Positions 38,660 through 52,900 of a DNA stretch of 64,000 nucleotides are shown in pieces (the first letter of the stretch is position 1; each line of letters opens with the position of its first letter). The notes beneath the pieces were generated by a model. The model ran no database searches, was not told where the DNA came from, and saw only the letters and a list, made by a program, of their open reading frames with translations. Source of the DNA: Antedon mediterranea (Eukaryota > Animalia > Echinodermata); NCBI RefSeq assembly GCF_964355755.1, contig NC_092673.1:25789648-25853647 (forward strand), written 5' to 3'. The position numbers and the translations under genes are program-made.

Positions 38660-38915
38660 CAGTCCCAATTTGCACAGTGGCTGTGTTTGTGTGGACTAGT
38701 ACACCGGGGTAACCCCCTACTCGTCTCGAAAGATGTACTAGGTTCTTTAAAGTGCGCATGAGCTATGTGTACACTGGACCTACGGTTTATAGTCCTTATC
38801 CGAGAAGACTCGTTCTACCACCAGAACCATGGAGCGAGTGAGCCTCGAACCCTTGCCGATGATATGGCTACGTAATTACGGTTCCACTGTCTTAACCGCT
38901 CGGCCACTCACTCGC
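38660..38915 (-). mobile_element. tRNA-derived SINE with Deu/Nin core domain (family C, best copy)
   Basis: Minus strand: tRNA-like head GCGAGTGAGTGGCCGAGCGGTTAAG...GGTTCGAGGCTCACTCGCTCCA, then GTCTTCTCGGATAAGGACTATAAACCGTAGGTCC...TTAAAGAACC...GAGTAGGGGGTTACCCCGGTGT, which resembles the recalled AmnSINE1/DeuSINE core. Other copies at about 8735, 18941, 23610, 42113, 52250, 52425 and 53860. Confidence 0.75.
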
Positions 38916-39934
38916 TAACCCTCACTTATTAGACATTTCATATAGGTGAGAACCAACCAAGATCATCACATCACTTTTAGTAAGCCTAAATCATGTGAGT
39001 GCAGTGCTTACTAATGGTTATGGGCATAAAGAAAACAACATTGGTTGGTTGGTTTGCTGTCATGTCTATGGATGCAGGTAGAAAAGCTTCTTTTTCTTCT
39101 TATTTAAAAAGAAACTGCTTGAATTTAATATTAAACGGTTCCGTTTTAACTTCCTGCAAGGAGTCTTGCCGCTTGTTAGTGAACTAAACTATGGGAAAAT
39201 GTGTTCGTATATCGTAGTAACCACTAATTGTATCATATTTCAAAAAAAGGACGTTTCCACAAAAACCACATTCACAATGCATACATAAAGCAATATTTAA
39301 AGTATTACATCCAGGATTTTTTAAATTGTTGACCAAACATTAAAGATATGACATTTATACACCCTTCCAAAAAAATTAAGGGTGGATATTCTAAATGGTA
39401 TTCTATAAACATTTCTATACAGGAAGTAAAATCTAATGGTAGAAAAACCAAGCTTTTGTGATTTCCCTGAAGTTCCAGGATGAACATTAAAAAGACTAGA
39501 AAACCCAAGCTTTTTGGCATTTCCCAAGACACACAAGATGAATGTTTTCTAAAGCAGGGGAAAATCATGTGATTGGTGCTGGGGTCCTAAGGACAACCAA
39601 ATTGACTCCTTACGAACTTTTTATAAAGAATGATTTAGTTTAGTAAGCCTTAATGTCAAGTGGAGTATGATTAAATTATATATTTAAAAAGTTTAAGCTG
39701 AAGATATTTAACTTTATTTTTATCTAATTTTATTATCTTCATTTCTACTATTGATCTGTCCAACTCAAAAACAGAATATGTTCATAAACAAAAAAAATGT
39801 AAATTTGTTGATGATCTGTAATATTTCGATATTTTTATGACGCAATCACAAATAAACCACTATTTGTATAATTTTCTTGCTTGTTTATTGTTTATACTTT
39901 ATATCAGGATAAATTTTATATACAAAATGAATAA

Positions 39935-42900
39935 TTAATTGTACCAATCAAGGAATAATAATGTAAATGAGCACATAAACAAGAAAAATAAAATCCACAC
40001 TCGAAGACTTGCATTATTCTTGATAGCCTGGGGAAAAAATTAAAATAAGAATTAGCGAAAAATTAAGTAATAATTATTTTTACATACCTAAATTGATTCT
40101 TTAATGATTTGATATCTTTTAATAAGCGCTTTCATTTCGAAAGGTTTAGGCCTTGGCATAGCGTCTCGTTAAAAGTAGGTGCGTTATAAAACAAATGTTT
40201 ATATTCGTGCAATGTTACAAATAATTTCATTCGGTGAAGGATGAAATGTTCTGTTTTAGAGATAGAAACCTATCATCTTTCACCTCATGAAATTATTTGT
40301 ACCATTCCACTCATAAACATTCATTATTTGTATAACTAGTATATTTCAGAATGTAACATCATTAATGCAACTCACTTCTCTTATAGCTTCTGTAGCACCT
40401 TCAACATTCTCAGTAGATGTCACAGCTTTTTCTATAACTTGATCAATAACATTATCCTATTGAGTAAGCAAAGATATTTTATTTACTTATTTGGTGCAAT
40501 AATAATTCAATATTAAAAATGGGTTTATTTTTTTAGATAACTGCTTACTATGGTACCATAAGATGATGATAACACAATACATATGCATATATATATTTTA
40601 GTGCATAATAATTCATTTTTAAAAAGTACATGTTTTGCAAATTTTTTGACAAATTCCTTAATATAGTACAGGAATTGTTTTATCAAAAAATTGGCACATT
40701 TTTACCATTATAATTTTTTTACGCAACTGCTTTAATATGGTAACATAAGATAAGATGCAATATATATGCATATATATTAATTTGAGTGCATACAAATTCA
40801 TTTGTAATTATTTTTTGTACATAATAATTCATTTTTAAAAAGTCCATATTTTTGCCATTTTTCGACAAATTCAACAAATCATAAAATTATTTGTACCATT
40901 GCACTCATAAACATTCATTATTTTGTATAATATACCACTGTATAAATGTTTTCACCTGTTTTACAACCTCATCCATAAACACTGTTTGTAAAGCTGCAAT
41001 ATCTACAACCTTTCCTTCTAGTTCTCTAAAAAAATAAAAGAAGCTAATTTATTAAAAAACATCAACACTAAACTATTAAACTGGATTTTGGCTCCCAAAT
41101 ATGCAGATGCTGTTGTTAAAGCCACTCAATTCTTCCTCCCTGAGAGTTCATGCAAAACATACAAAAATATTCTTAAATTTAATTTGAACAATTACAGTAT
41201 ATCTATCTATCAACCGAGACTCGAACCCGAAACCTTCTGCTTGATATGTAGATATCCTAACCATTAGACCACTGGGCTTTCATGGTATTGTTCAAACTCG
41301 ATTGGAACACCTCTAGTCCCTCAATATATATATATCTTTTGACCATATAAATATTAATATTTTTTAATTTATTTTAATTGTTTACATTTGTATATTATAA
41401 CCTGTATATTGTTTTTTACATTGTACAATGAACACAAATTGGTGGTTTCATTTACAATTTCTGGCTTTTAAAATATGAGTGGAGGAGGAGGGCCATCAAA
41501 CATTTTAGAAAGAAAGAGAAGTGATCTTATTATTTACCTGACTTCATCAAGATTATTTTTCTCCTGCAGCATCATCTGGTTTTCTTGTTGGAACTGAAAT
41601 AATAAAAATAAATCAAAAATTCAAGATATAAATTTGCATATTTCGGCAGAGCATAGCACCCTCAATTTGACGATTTTAGCAAAATGAAAAGAAATATGGT
41701 GCTTTTAGTGTAGGAAGGGGGAGAGAACGAAAGTGATAATTTAAATAATTTTGTTTGGATTATTAATTATGAAAAAGCTTATTTTCTCCACAAAATTCTT
41801 ATGAAATGTGTTTTTTTAAAGAATAGTGGTAACAAATTATAATAAGTTGGAATAATTTGCCGGCATTCCAGTAATAATTTATACGCAAAATTTATTTTTT
41901 AAAAAAAACACTATAGAAGCCAAAGTTCAGAATGATTTGAATGGCAAATCACCTAATTTTTAACTAACTATAGAGGGGGTTGTACAGTACTGTAAGGAAA
42001 ATATTTTAAACCAATCATTTTTCCTATACTTGTTATACCCAGTTCAATTGAATTGGAATATTTTATTTAAACTTGGTAACCTCTCCCGTCTCCAAGAGGG
42101 CCCAGTTATGATCAGTGGATGTGATATACTAGTACACTGGATACAACCTCTCATCTCAAAAGATGTACTAGGTTCTTTAGATTGCACAAAGAGCTAGATG
42201 TGTAGTATAACACTGGACCTACAGTTTATAGTCCTTATCCAAAAAGACTCATTCTACCACCAGAACCATGGAGCGAGTGAGTCTTGTATCATTGCCGATA
42301 TTACGGCCACTCACTCACTCTAACGAATGAAATTTGTTATACCTGTTAGTACTGGGAATACACAAGCTTAAAGAAATTAATGAATAAAGTACCATTGCAA
42401 TTTCTTCAGGAGATAGCTCATTGTCAGAATACTCTTCATGATTAGTTACTTGGTTTGATAAATCTGAAATAGAATATAAAAATCAATCCCCAGATTACAA
42501 ATGCTCACTTTACTGTGCTGTATATATACGAAAATAGGGAGAATATTTTACCAGTCACTTTTCTATTAACTATTTCAATAGCAAATCAAACACAAGAACG
42601 ATCAAACAAAAACGATCAAACAATCGGTGGTTGCCACACACAACCCACGCATCTGACATACGCAAACAAAACGTTATCTCATCCGGCCGTGTTTACCAGC
42701 GGAAAAAGTCTGATCGTTTTGCAGATTGTTGTGCTATACATGGGAGTGTTATTTCCGGGCCAACTAGAGGTGCCATTTATCATGAATTTTATGTGAGCGA
42801 GAGTACCATTTCCGACCTGGGGTGTTATTTACAAAAGGGGCCTGTGGCTCAAATACTTAGTATCTGGACCCCCCGCCCCCTATTTAAAAATCCTGGATCC

Positions 42901-45900
42901 ACCCCTTTATACAAATATGTTATATACCTGAATTAGAAGTGGTTGCTTTTCTTAAATTTAACCCAGAGGCAAACTTGGCTTTACTGTTTTTGAGCTGGAC
43001 AGATTCTAACCGAGAGCTGAAACAGAAAGTAAGTATAAAAAGAAGTTAAGAGCCATTGTCTGTAAAAATCAAAGATTTGGTGGCAGATGTAAAAAAATGG
43101 ATTTCTCTCAAATTTTTACCATGAATAGACATTTCAATAAAAAGCATATCTATAACATTCATTTTAATTTTTAGCCTCCGTTGCCATGACAACGGTCAAT
43201 TATCCAAATGTTGATGTTTTTGCCATTTTTCACAGATTTTCTATAGTGAAAAAGTACAAACTTGTATACTTATTTTAACCAAAAATACTTACAGTATACA
43301 GTTTTTGTTTATAGCAGTGTAAACAACATGTATTGAGTTCCATTTAATGTAGAAAAAAAATAAATTACAAAATGGAGTTTGGTTGATACCATTATTTTAA
43401 AAAGGGGTGTTTTTAAAAAATATTTTTTTTATAAAAGTATACCTCATAAACGTACCTATAACTTCTAAAGTGGTGTTTTTAAATCAATGAGGTTTTTTTA
43501 ATTTGATAGTCAATAGGTTTGTCAACAATAATCATGAAAAAAACACTGGGGTAAATTTCGTACATAGGTTCTGTGTTGCCAGGAAAATACGAAAAATACA
43601 AAAAATGTAACAAAATATCAACAAACAAAACACATGAAACACAATTTAAATATGGCTAATCCAATAATAAAATGTATATGTGGCTTGCTATAATGCTACT
43701 AGAGTCATACGAATAGTTTAGATAAAATAGGAGAATGTGTTGCCAGGTTTATTTCAATTAATTGCCAGAAAAACAGTATTTTGCATTGAAATATTTAGTT
43801 GATGGAAAATAATGTTAAACTTGGAAATAGTTGCGTCAATGGTTTTTATAAATTTTTAAATCTTGTGTAAAGAGATACAGAAAGACCTCTTAAAATATCT
43901 GACCTTGTAAATAGGTCATTTGAGGTCAAAAGGGGTCAGAATGCAAAACAGAACAGGTCCCCACTTTACTACAACTATTAATTTTTGATCAAAATTTACA
44001 AGATAGTTCATAACAATTCTCAACAATTTTCATATTTTACCTATAGTGTTACCTTAGCAACCATTTCTATGTGTAACTAAGGAAAGTAATTTTAAAAAAA
44101 ACGTAAAAAATGGCGTTTTTATAAATACAAAGAATTGATTGCATTTGTAATTTTTCTCAATTTTACTTCTACTGCATTCCATTAATGACAAACTTGACCT
44201 TGTAAATTCATTCATTTTGAGGTCAAAATTTTACCATAGTGACTGTTTCTATGCGAAAATTTCAAAAAAATAAGGAGTTTTTCATAAATACAAAACATTT
44301 TTTCTACATAGTTTTACATTTCTACTTTTTGCCAAATTTACTTTAAATACTGAATCCTAATAATCTCAGAAAGAAAGTCTTGACGAATCTTAATAAAGGT
44401 AAAAAAATGACCTTTAGTGTTATCTTAAACCTGTTTACGTAACTAATGATATTTAAAAAAAAAAATTAAATATGGAGTTTTCATGAAAAAAAAAATGTTT
44501 ACATATTGAGGTCAAATGACATCAACATTTTACCTATAGTGTATTGTAGCAACTGTTTCTATACGTAACTAAGTACAATATTTTTAATATGGGGTTTCAT
44601 GACTACAAACAATTGATAACATAGCTTTACTACCTTTTCCCAAATTTACTTATCTACTGAATCCCAGAAAATGTCTGAGCTTGTGAAAGGGTCATTTGTT
44701 GGGTCAAGTTATGTCAAAATGTATTATTAATGTTTGTTAGAACCTGTTTCTATGCGTAACTAAGGATAATTGTTTTTTTAAATACAGTTGAACCTCCCGT
44801 AAGTGGCCACCCTTGGGACCTGGAAAAGTGGCCGCTTATAATTGTAGGCCTATTATTATTTATAATCAGGTGGTTTAGTATTTTTTAGCATTTTCAGACA
44901 AATTTTAAAAACTTTTATCATATGAAAAATGGTCGGTCAAAATCTGTGTAGTTTTCTCATCTCTTAACAGTAATGTTTTTAAAACCTCTTCAAAATAAAG
45001 CTAATATATAAAGAAATACAATAAACATGCACCTCTAATTCATAGGTCCATGCAATAAGTATCACATTTTTCGATTGGCCGCTTACAAAAAATCTCATTT
45101 TGTATAAAAAGGTGCCCGCAGCTGCTTACGGTAAGCACTAAATGCACTACTTAGATAGGAAGAACAAACAGGCTTTTCAAAGTGCGTCCGTTAAGGGAGG
45201 TGGCCGCTGTAAATAAAATATGGGGTTTTCATGAATAAAAATAATCACAGAAGAAAGTGCTTACGAATATGACCTTGTGAAACGGTAATTTGAAAATGCA
45301 AATAAGGCATGCCTGCTACTAATCTACAAATTTAAATTTGTATAAGATAAATATGCAAAATCTAAAGAATATCTCAATTTTAGTTACCATAGTAACTGTT
45401 GCTATGCATAACTAAGGGAAATTAAATAATTATCAGATAATTATTAATTAATAATTAATACTGAATCCAACCATCACAGTAAAAAAAATTTAGAATTTAA
45501 AACCAATATTTAATAATAAAGTGTGATATTTTACATGCTGACCTTAAATGAAATGAAATTTCAAATCAGGGCTTCAATATTTGTTATGTAGCATTAACAT
45601 ACCTGAGTATATCATTGACTTTTGATTGGTTCTATTTTGGGGAGGGGAAAGTGGTGGATCCAGGACTTTTAAATAGTTAGGTGGTTGAAGGCGAGGGTCT
45701 AAAAACTTAACTTTATGTCCTATCTTTTGCATTGCAATTTTTAACTTGGGGTGGGTGGCGGCTTGGAGAAAGGGGGAGGGGGTGGAATGGAGGAGTTTGA
45801 ATCCGTCTATTCATTGGAGCGATAGTAGCGGCAGTGTGGGTGGTGCTTGAAATGCATGCATTTGACACTCTATAGTGGATGATCGACCAAAGTGTTGCAG

Positions 45901-48900
45901 TTTATCTTTTTGTGGTTATAGTCGTGGTGGGGGGGGAGGGGTGGTAGTCGAAAGTGGTGGTAGATGGGCATGTGGGATCTGCTTAGGTTAGCAAATAAAA
46001 GAAGTAAACAAATGAAAGAGGAGCTTCAAAATAAGAGAGGAGTAATCTGTTGCAAAGATTAAAATTCACAACGATCTGATAATTTATTCAAATTTCCAGA
46101 GGATATAACCTATAAAATGACATTAAAACTGGGAATTACAGAATCTATAATTAAAAATTAATTTTTTTTCTCTCAACACAACTAGAACTATATAAAACAT
46201 TAAGAATTTTTCTGACCAATGAGTTTCAAATCAAATAATCAAAGAAAATAAAATGTTTTTACTAATATACCATGTTTTTTTTTTATAAAAATGCCTATGT
46301 TTCTTGCAACACTGCTTGTAGATTTTAAATTTACCCCAGTATTTTATTTTAGAAATCAATTATTAAACATTAGAACTACCTATTTGTAATAAATCAGCTA
46401 AAAAAATACACCACTTTGGGCGTTATGGTGAAGTAAAGTTTAGTTGCATTGAACAATTTAAAAAAAGTGAAAAACACCCCTTTTTAAATAAATGGTATCT
46501 CCCAAAGTATGAAATAAAAAAAAAAAAAAAAATTTGAAACAGGTACACAATGCATTGTTATTATGCATACACTAATTATTTTGTTATAATTAAATGAACA
46601 AAACAAAAATATTGTTCATCAAAGTAGTACCAATATCCATTTTAAAAAACCTTAAAAAAGGACAAAAACACAAATTTGGCCGTTGCCATGGAAATATACG
46701 TGTGAAAAAAAAAATACTTCATATTTGGTTTCTCTCAACATATATATAGCCATGTGCAAAATTTGAAAGAAATCCATTTTTTTGATTCTGCCACTCTTTT
46801 TGATATTTCTTTGATTCTTACAGACAATGGCTCTTAAATATCTTACATAACATATAGTATGTTTGTACATAGGTCAAACCAATTTGGTTAGTCCAGAGTA
46901 TGTGTGTTACAGTTAGTTTTTATTGTATTTTAAACTTGTTACAAGAGATGCCATACCTTTTATTTGAAGGGTAAAGTTTTTATCTAAATTAACATACAAT
47001 TAAAGGAAAATTTAAATAAATCCTCCAGTTAGATTCAGTACAACACCTAATAATAATATCCTGGATTTATATAGCGCCTAAATGTTGTGAAACCTCTAAG
47101 CGCTGAGCATTATTACCACATAATGTGGTCTTGATCTAACCGGCTTTCCATTTATAAACCTGGGTGGAGAGAGGCAAACGTAAGTAAAGTATCTTGCCTA
47201 AGGATACAAGCAATGCGGCGAGAGTTGGATTCGAACCTCGATCACACGTCCTATTAAGAGGACACTTTCCTGTGAAACTAATTAGAAGCAATATATGTTT
47301 CAACTTTATGGCAATCATTTGTGTCCTGAAGGCGTCCCCTAAAAGGGGGTTCTACTGCACAACAAACATAGCAGGTTACCAGTTCCATATACAGTAGGTA
47401 CGTACATTCTTTTCTTGTCAACCACTTTCTTGACACGTAAAGCTCTCTGTTCACTGTATAGCTTACAAACACCTGTAAATAATATGTAAAATTTCCTCAA
47501 TAAAATAATTTAATTTCCAGAAAAAAATTGTTTAGTTGAATCTCCCTGCACATAGACCTCTCATAAATAGACACCACACACGCAATGGACACACATCGAT
47601 AAGTATGTATGTTCTTCATATATACTGCAAATATTATTCTCCCTATCCGACTGAACAATCCTAAAAATGTTTATATATTTTTAGTGTTAAAATGTCCAAA
47701 TGTGACCTCCATCCACACTCATGTTTCTCTGAATCAAATTTATAATTAATCTATGTTTTATTAGAATGTACTGTATTATTTGATGTGTGTGGAAAATTTA
47801 ATCAAATAAACAAAAAAACATCTACAATTTACCAATACAAAATCTTTAATACAAAATTGTGAATAATTTATAATGAACTAATAAATTACAAGGAAAAAAG
47901 AGTTTCCACGAAGTATAATAATAATTGTTATACAGTGCCTAATACATATTTTTCTAGGCGCTTTACACACAAAAAAAGAAAAAAAAAATATCCAAAAATA
48001 ACGAAAGCATATTGAAGGTGATGCAGGAAAAGATTTTTACCGCACTTTTCTGCAACGAAAACTCGTTAAAACATGATTCACAGGAACCGAAGTTTGTCAA
48101 ACTTGCTGTATGTGGACATTTTTTCGTGACCCCTTATGGGAGTCTGTGTAATAGATGTACGAACCTTTTAAGTAATTGTCTAATAGTTCAAACGTAGCTT
48201 CTCTGTGTTTTTGTACCTCTTCTGTTGCCTCCTGCTTCATTGCTATTAACAACAAACAATAAAATACTGTAACTTTCATTGAAAAAAAATGTAAAGAGTT
48301 AAGTTTTAACTGAGCTTGAATCATTTTTAGGAGAGCTTTCGATTTACAATGACAAACAACTTTGAAACAAGAAAGGTCATGTCAACTCATAGTGTACATG
48401 CAGGGAATTTGGGTAGTGCTTACTCCCTCTATTTCTTTCCAAAGTTTATTAATATTTATTGTGTAATTTATTATTAAATATTAAGTGGCATTCTCTCAGA
48501 TAAAATTATTTTCAAGGATAAATTTTTAATGGTCAATGCATCTACATGCTTTTATATTGCATCTCTCTGTCTCTCTTTACCCTCTTGTTTAAATGATCTG
48601 ATTGCATCTAAGCACGTTCTCATAAATACTTGAGCGTCTGCATCTATCTGGTCCCGATCAGCTTCCGTCATTGAATTTGAATCGGACTTTAAATGACTAC
48701 AAATTAAACAAATTCTATTTAAAAAGTATTTTTTATTGTATATAATTTCATAACATAAAAATAAAATAATGTTGTGATGATTTTAATGAATTTTTTTAAA
48801 CAAACTCGCCTTGATGGGTTGATATAATCTTTTCTATGTTTTTGAAGAAAATCTTTCAGTTTAGTTATTGCCACCACCTATTTGAAAAAGAAAATTAAAA

Positions 48901-49670
48901 TAATACATACTGTAATTATACTAATACAAAAATAAAATTACCTGAAAACAAACAAATATTTGTGAGAGAAGAGCCTCTTTACTTACTTGATGATCAGCTT
49001 GTGTGACCCATTGCGTGTCATATACAATACAAGTTGTCTTTTCTGCTGGCTAACGTTTGAGGGACCCAATAAAAAATTGTGTTTGTAAATATTTTGGTTG
49101 TAATTATAAATGTGTAAAGACAAATTTGAAAAGAATGTTGGTCCAAAAAAGAATAATTAAGGTTGACATATTGACCACCTCAAATGGGAAATTTCAGTAA
49201 TGTTTTGAAAATAAATATTTTCAACAAAACGAAGATAACACCGCACAGCCTGTGGTGCGAAATAGCAGTATTACTATTAAAATACTTAAAATATTATATT
49301 ATTGAATGAAGCAGACCTATTTATTTATAAATGTATTTACAAATAATCATTGCAAAGCCGATCTCCTATCTATGGCAAACTTCCCTGCGGTAAAACGTCA
49401 CGGGCCGAAACTTCACGGGGCGAATCGACCATCTGCCGAATCTTCCACGACCGAATCCTTACGCTGCTGGGCTGTGAGATCACAATACACTACAACGCGG
49501 GGGCCTAGCAGCAGTGTACCTACCATTTCTTTGGATTTGGTGGAGAATTCTGTTTTTGGACGACTGGACTTTAAAATTGAACTTTTTAAATTGTCTTGAC
49601 CAGTTCCTAGAGCTTTATTTCTTGTTCGAACAGTTTTAACTGAAGCTTTGAAAAGTGCTGTTATGTCCAT
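39935..49670 (-). CDS. STX18: Syntaxin-18, 311 aa. Exons 49670-49524, 48877-48810, 48696-48581, 48242-48165, 47472-47406, 43016-42928, 42463-42393, 41593-41538, 41025-40956, 40456-40376, 40027-39935
   Basis: [22 protein letters not shown]...[15 protein letters not shown]...[20 protein letters not shown]...[26 protein letters not shown]...FQQENQ...[33 protein letters not shown]. Shows the N-terminus, SNARE motif and C-terminal TM of STX18; 936 nt spliced in frame. Confidence 0.95.
43050..46833. mobile_element. ~3.8-kb non-autonomous DNA transposon, Kolobok-like, in STX18 intron 5
   Basis: TTAA|GAGCCATTGTCTGTAA...TTACAGACAATGGCTC|TTAA. Imperfect inverted similarity continues for about 500 bp. 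No transposase ORF seen. A pogo-like MITE is nested at about 44784-45210. Confidence 0.75.
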
Positions 49671-49961
49671 CTTGCGTTTCGCTGGTTTTGATGATGTGGG
49701 AAATCTGGAAATTTAGTCTGCGCTGCCCAGTTGTGTGACCTTTTGCGTTTAAAACATGGCCATTATGACGGGAATTGTAACGCGATTAAATAACGTTTAC
49801 CTACGTTTTGTCTAAGATTAAACGCGTTTTGTTAAACTGTTAACTCATGAAATCACTGCTTGTCGCTGGAACTCAGAAAAAAGAAAGAAGGAAAAAGGGA
49901 AGGAAAGGAGTTGTCAGATTGATCAATTTTAGCCTCGTATTAAACGTTTTTATTATTAATT
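49671..49961. promoter_or_regulatory. Bidirectional promoter region between STX18 and VPS51
   Basis: Divergent start codons only 291 bp apart; locally CpG-richer; YY1-like AACATGGCC near 49753. Confidence 0.7.
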
Positions 49962-52900
49962 ATGGCTACTTCAGGTAAACTACAATTTAATGATAGTCCG
50001 TTTTAATAGTTTATATCGCATTTTATTAAAATATAGTTAGCTAAAATTACCAAAATTAGGATTAATAATAGCAAGGCAGGGCTAGGCCTGCCTTCCCTGT
50101 TTGTTTTTTGGTTGTGTACTCGGTTTTTCAATGGGTAAAGGGGAGTGTGCCGCCCTTTTTAGGTGCCTCTTTTTCTTAGGCATAGGTATACATGGGCGGC
50201 GGGCTAGGCCTAGGTAGGTGTTAATAACATTTTACTTTCTAGCCTTTATTTGCATTATGTTTTTTAAAAGGCCTTTCTTATTATTTGTATTTTAGTAGGA
50301 AAGAGTGTAATTTCACACTTTTTTATAAAATAAATAATTCTGTTAGTGTTAATAAAAACATATTAAATTGAGCCTACTGTATCCATAATTTAAAATTGCA
50401 ATAGAGGTTAGATAGTAATAGAATAGACCCTTTCTTTTAATTAAATAAATATATTGTTTTGTGATTCAGGAGGCGACAAGATAGATGAAGCGGGAGAAGA
50501 AATCCGCAGACGACGAAAGCATGGGATGTTGAAGCTGTACTATGGAATGGAGGAATCAAATAAGGACAACCAAGATTCAAATCCAATTGATATTAATGGT
50601 GCTCAGTTTAATCCACAGGTGTATCTGTCACGACTGATGAAAGAAAAGCGCTTAAATGAGTTGATAGACAGAGAAAGCGATATGGTTAAACGTATGACAT
50701 ATTTTTTTTATTTGATTGCCAAATATGCACTTTATCTTTTTCCCCATACAGTATATGGCAATCCTTTTGGCTGGGAGAATTTTTCAGTCAATTTTCTTTC
50801 TCCATCTTTCTAAAGATTTGTAACACCCATGTCCATGGACATGATGATGTCCCCATGGACATGATGATGTCATATCACTATCATATTTGGGCATATCACT
50901 ATCACATTTTTTTGTCACATAAAGTTTGATAGTGTAGACAGATTGTAAAATTGTATTGATTTTTTTTAAACATTTAATTTAACAGATAAGTACTTTAAAC
51001 TGGTCACACCATGTCAGTGTGGAGTTGTGGCTTGGTGGTTATGATGCTTGACTACCAATCCAAGGGTTCAAGTCCTGTCATATGTCAGGACTCCAAAGAC
51101 TTGTAATAAGTCTTTGTTTATGTAGAGCATCTTGTGTATGTTTGTCTTGTGAACAGGATTGCCACCTTTAAGAAGGATAGTGAATGAATTCACTTGTGGT
51201 TATCCAAGGGCAATTTGCCAAAAATGGAAATAAATAAGAAAACAGAATGAACTAGAAAGCCACTCCGAGAGGGCATACCTCCGCCTACTGTAAAATTCTC
51301 CTACATAAGATTTCTCCGGTAAAAAAAAATATATATATATATTTGTGTGTGTCTTATAATGCTCTTTGTGATTTAGGCTAATTTCATTACAAGCATGTGT
51401 ATGCGAGTTTGGTGTAATGGTTATGTAACAAGCCTTTCAATTAACAATAGCTTCAGTTGACTAACAATAGAACAGCAACGCGAAAATCAAACGAGTGAAT
51501 TTGAAAAGAAATAGGTTTTTTAAACTACTCGCATCAAAAAACGTGCACATTAAATCAAATTATGTTTTAAAATTACAAATCAAAAATTATAACTCTTGCC
51601 TCTTGTTCAAACATGAAGTTTTTTGGACAAGTAGTTCTCGAGAAAATGCAATTTCAGTTTACTTGTTACTTTAAGACTGCTCGCCGGCTTTTGAAAAATT
51701 CTGTCCTATCTTTTAACACTAGCAGGTCTAAAAAAGTATACTAAAAAGTGGTCCAGAATTGGGACTGTGGTTCCAAATGGTCCCAAAATTTAATGGAATG
51801 GTCCTTGACCACATATCTATCTGTCTATTCATTTTGGTAAAGATCTTGTAATTACTTTTTGAGTAATCCTGCTAACAAACAAACAAACAAACACACGCTA
51901 CCGATTACATATACCTCCTTGGCGGAGGTAAACAATTACAATTACAGCCAATGACCAGATAATAAGAATGCGACCACCACTTTACAATATTTTTTTTAAT
52001 ATGATTTTATTTTTCAGAAATTTGTTCTCTAGATAGTGACATGCAAACCCTTGTTTATGAAAATTATAATAAATTTATTAGTGCTACGGATACTATTAGA
52101 AAAGTAAGTGACAAAATAAATTATATATTTTGAAATGTAATTTCACTATAAATATCCTAATGATCATGTCCATTTGTATAGCGGAATCATTGTTACACTT
52201 TTCAACTACATGCAGCTTCTTCCCTGGATGTCAGTGCTGCCAATTGCTCTCATGTCTGTGAGTGAATTAGTGCACAACTCCTACCCATCTTGAAAGATTT
52301 ACTAGGTTCTTTGAAGTGCACACAATTAAAAAAAGTGCCTATGGTTTTTACTCCTGTTTGGATGGATAAGACTATTTACCACCAGAAAAAATCTCGGATA
52401 GACTAACTAATTTTTCACTAACCCATAGGTCCAGTGTACACATCTGACTCATGTGCACTTTAAAGAACCTAGTACATCTTTGGAGACAATTAGGGTAACC
52501 CCGGTGTACTAGTATACACACAGCCACTGTCACCCACAGACAATTGTCATAACTCATTAAGAGGGCTCCTTGATTGTCTGCATACGTTGTTAAGGGACCC
52601 CCCTATAAATAAGGTGAAATAAAAATAAACAAAATAAAATCTATTTCTTCAACATTCAATTATTTCGGTATTATTCATTATTACATAATACTTGTACAAG
52701 ACTGAACTAAAAGTTTAAAGTACAAAACATTGCCTGATATATAATTTTTACCTGAATCTTCCAAACATCTCACTTTGGAGTCATGGTTTTCCTTGGCAAT
52801 TTTTCTAAATAATATCAACACAATACAATATTACAGATGAAGAATGATTTCAAGAAAATGGAGGATGAGATGGATAGGTTAGCTACAAACATGGACGCCA

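Noticed and set aside
38830-38915. tRNA gene candidate ending in CCA; similar heads at about 9214, 34497, 41214 and 51020
   Set aside because: Anticodon and T stems are degenerate, and the 38830-38915 head runs into a multi-copy SINE body. The others look like similarly decayed SINE heads, not tRNA genes.
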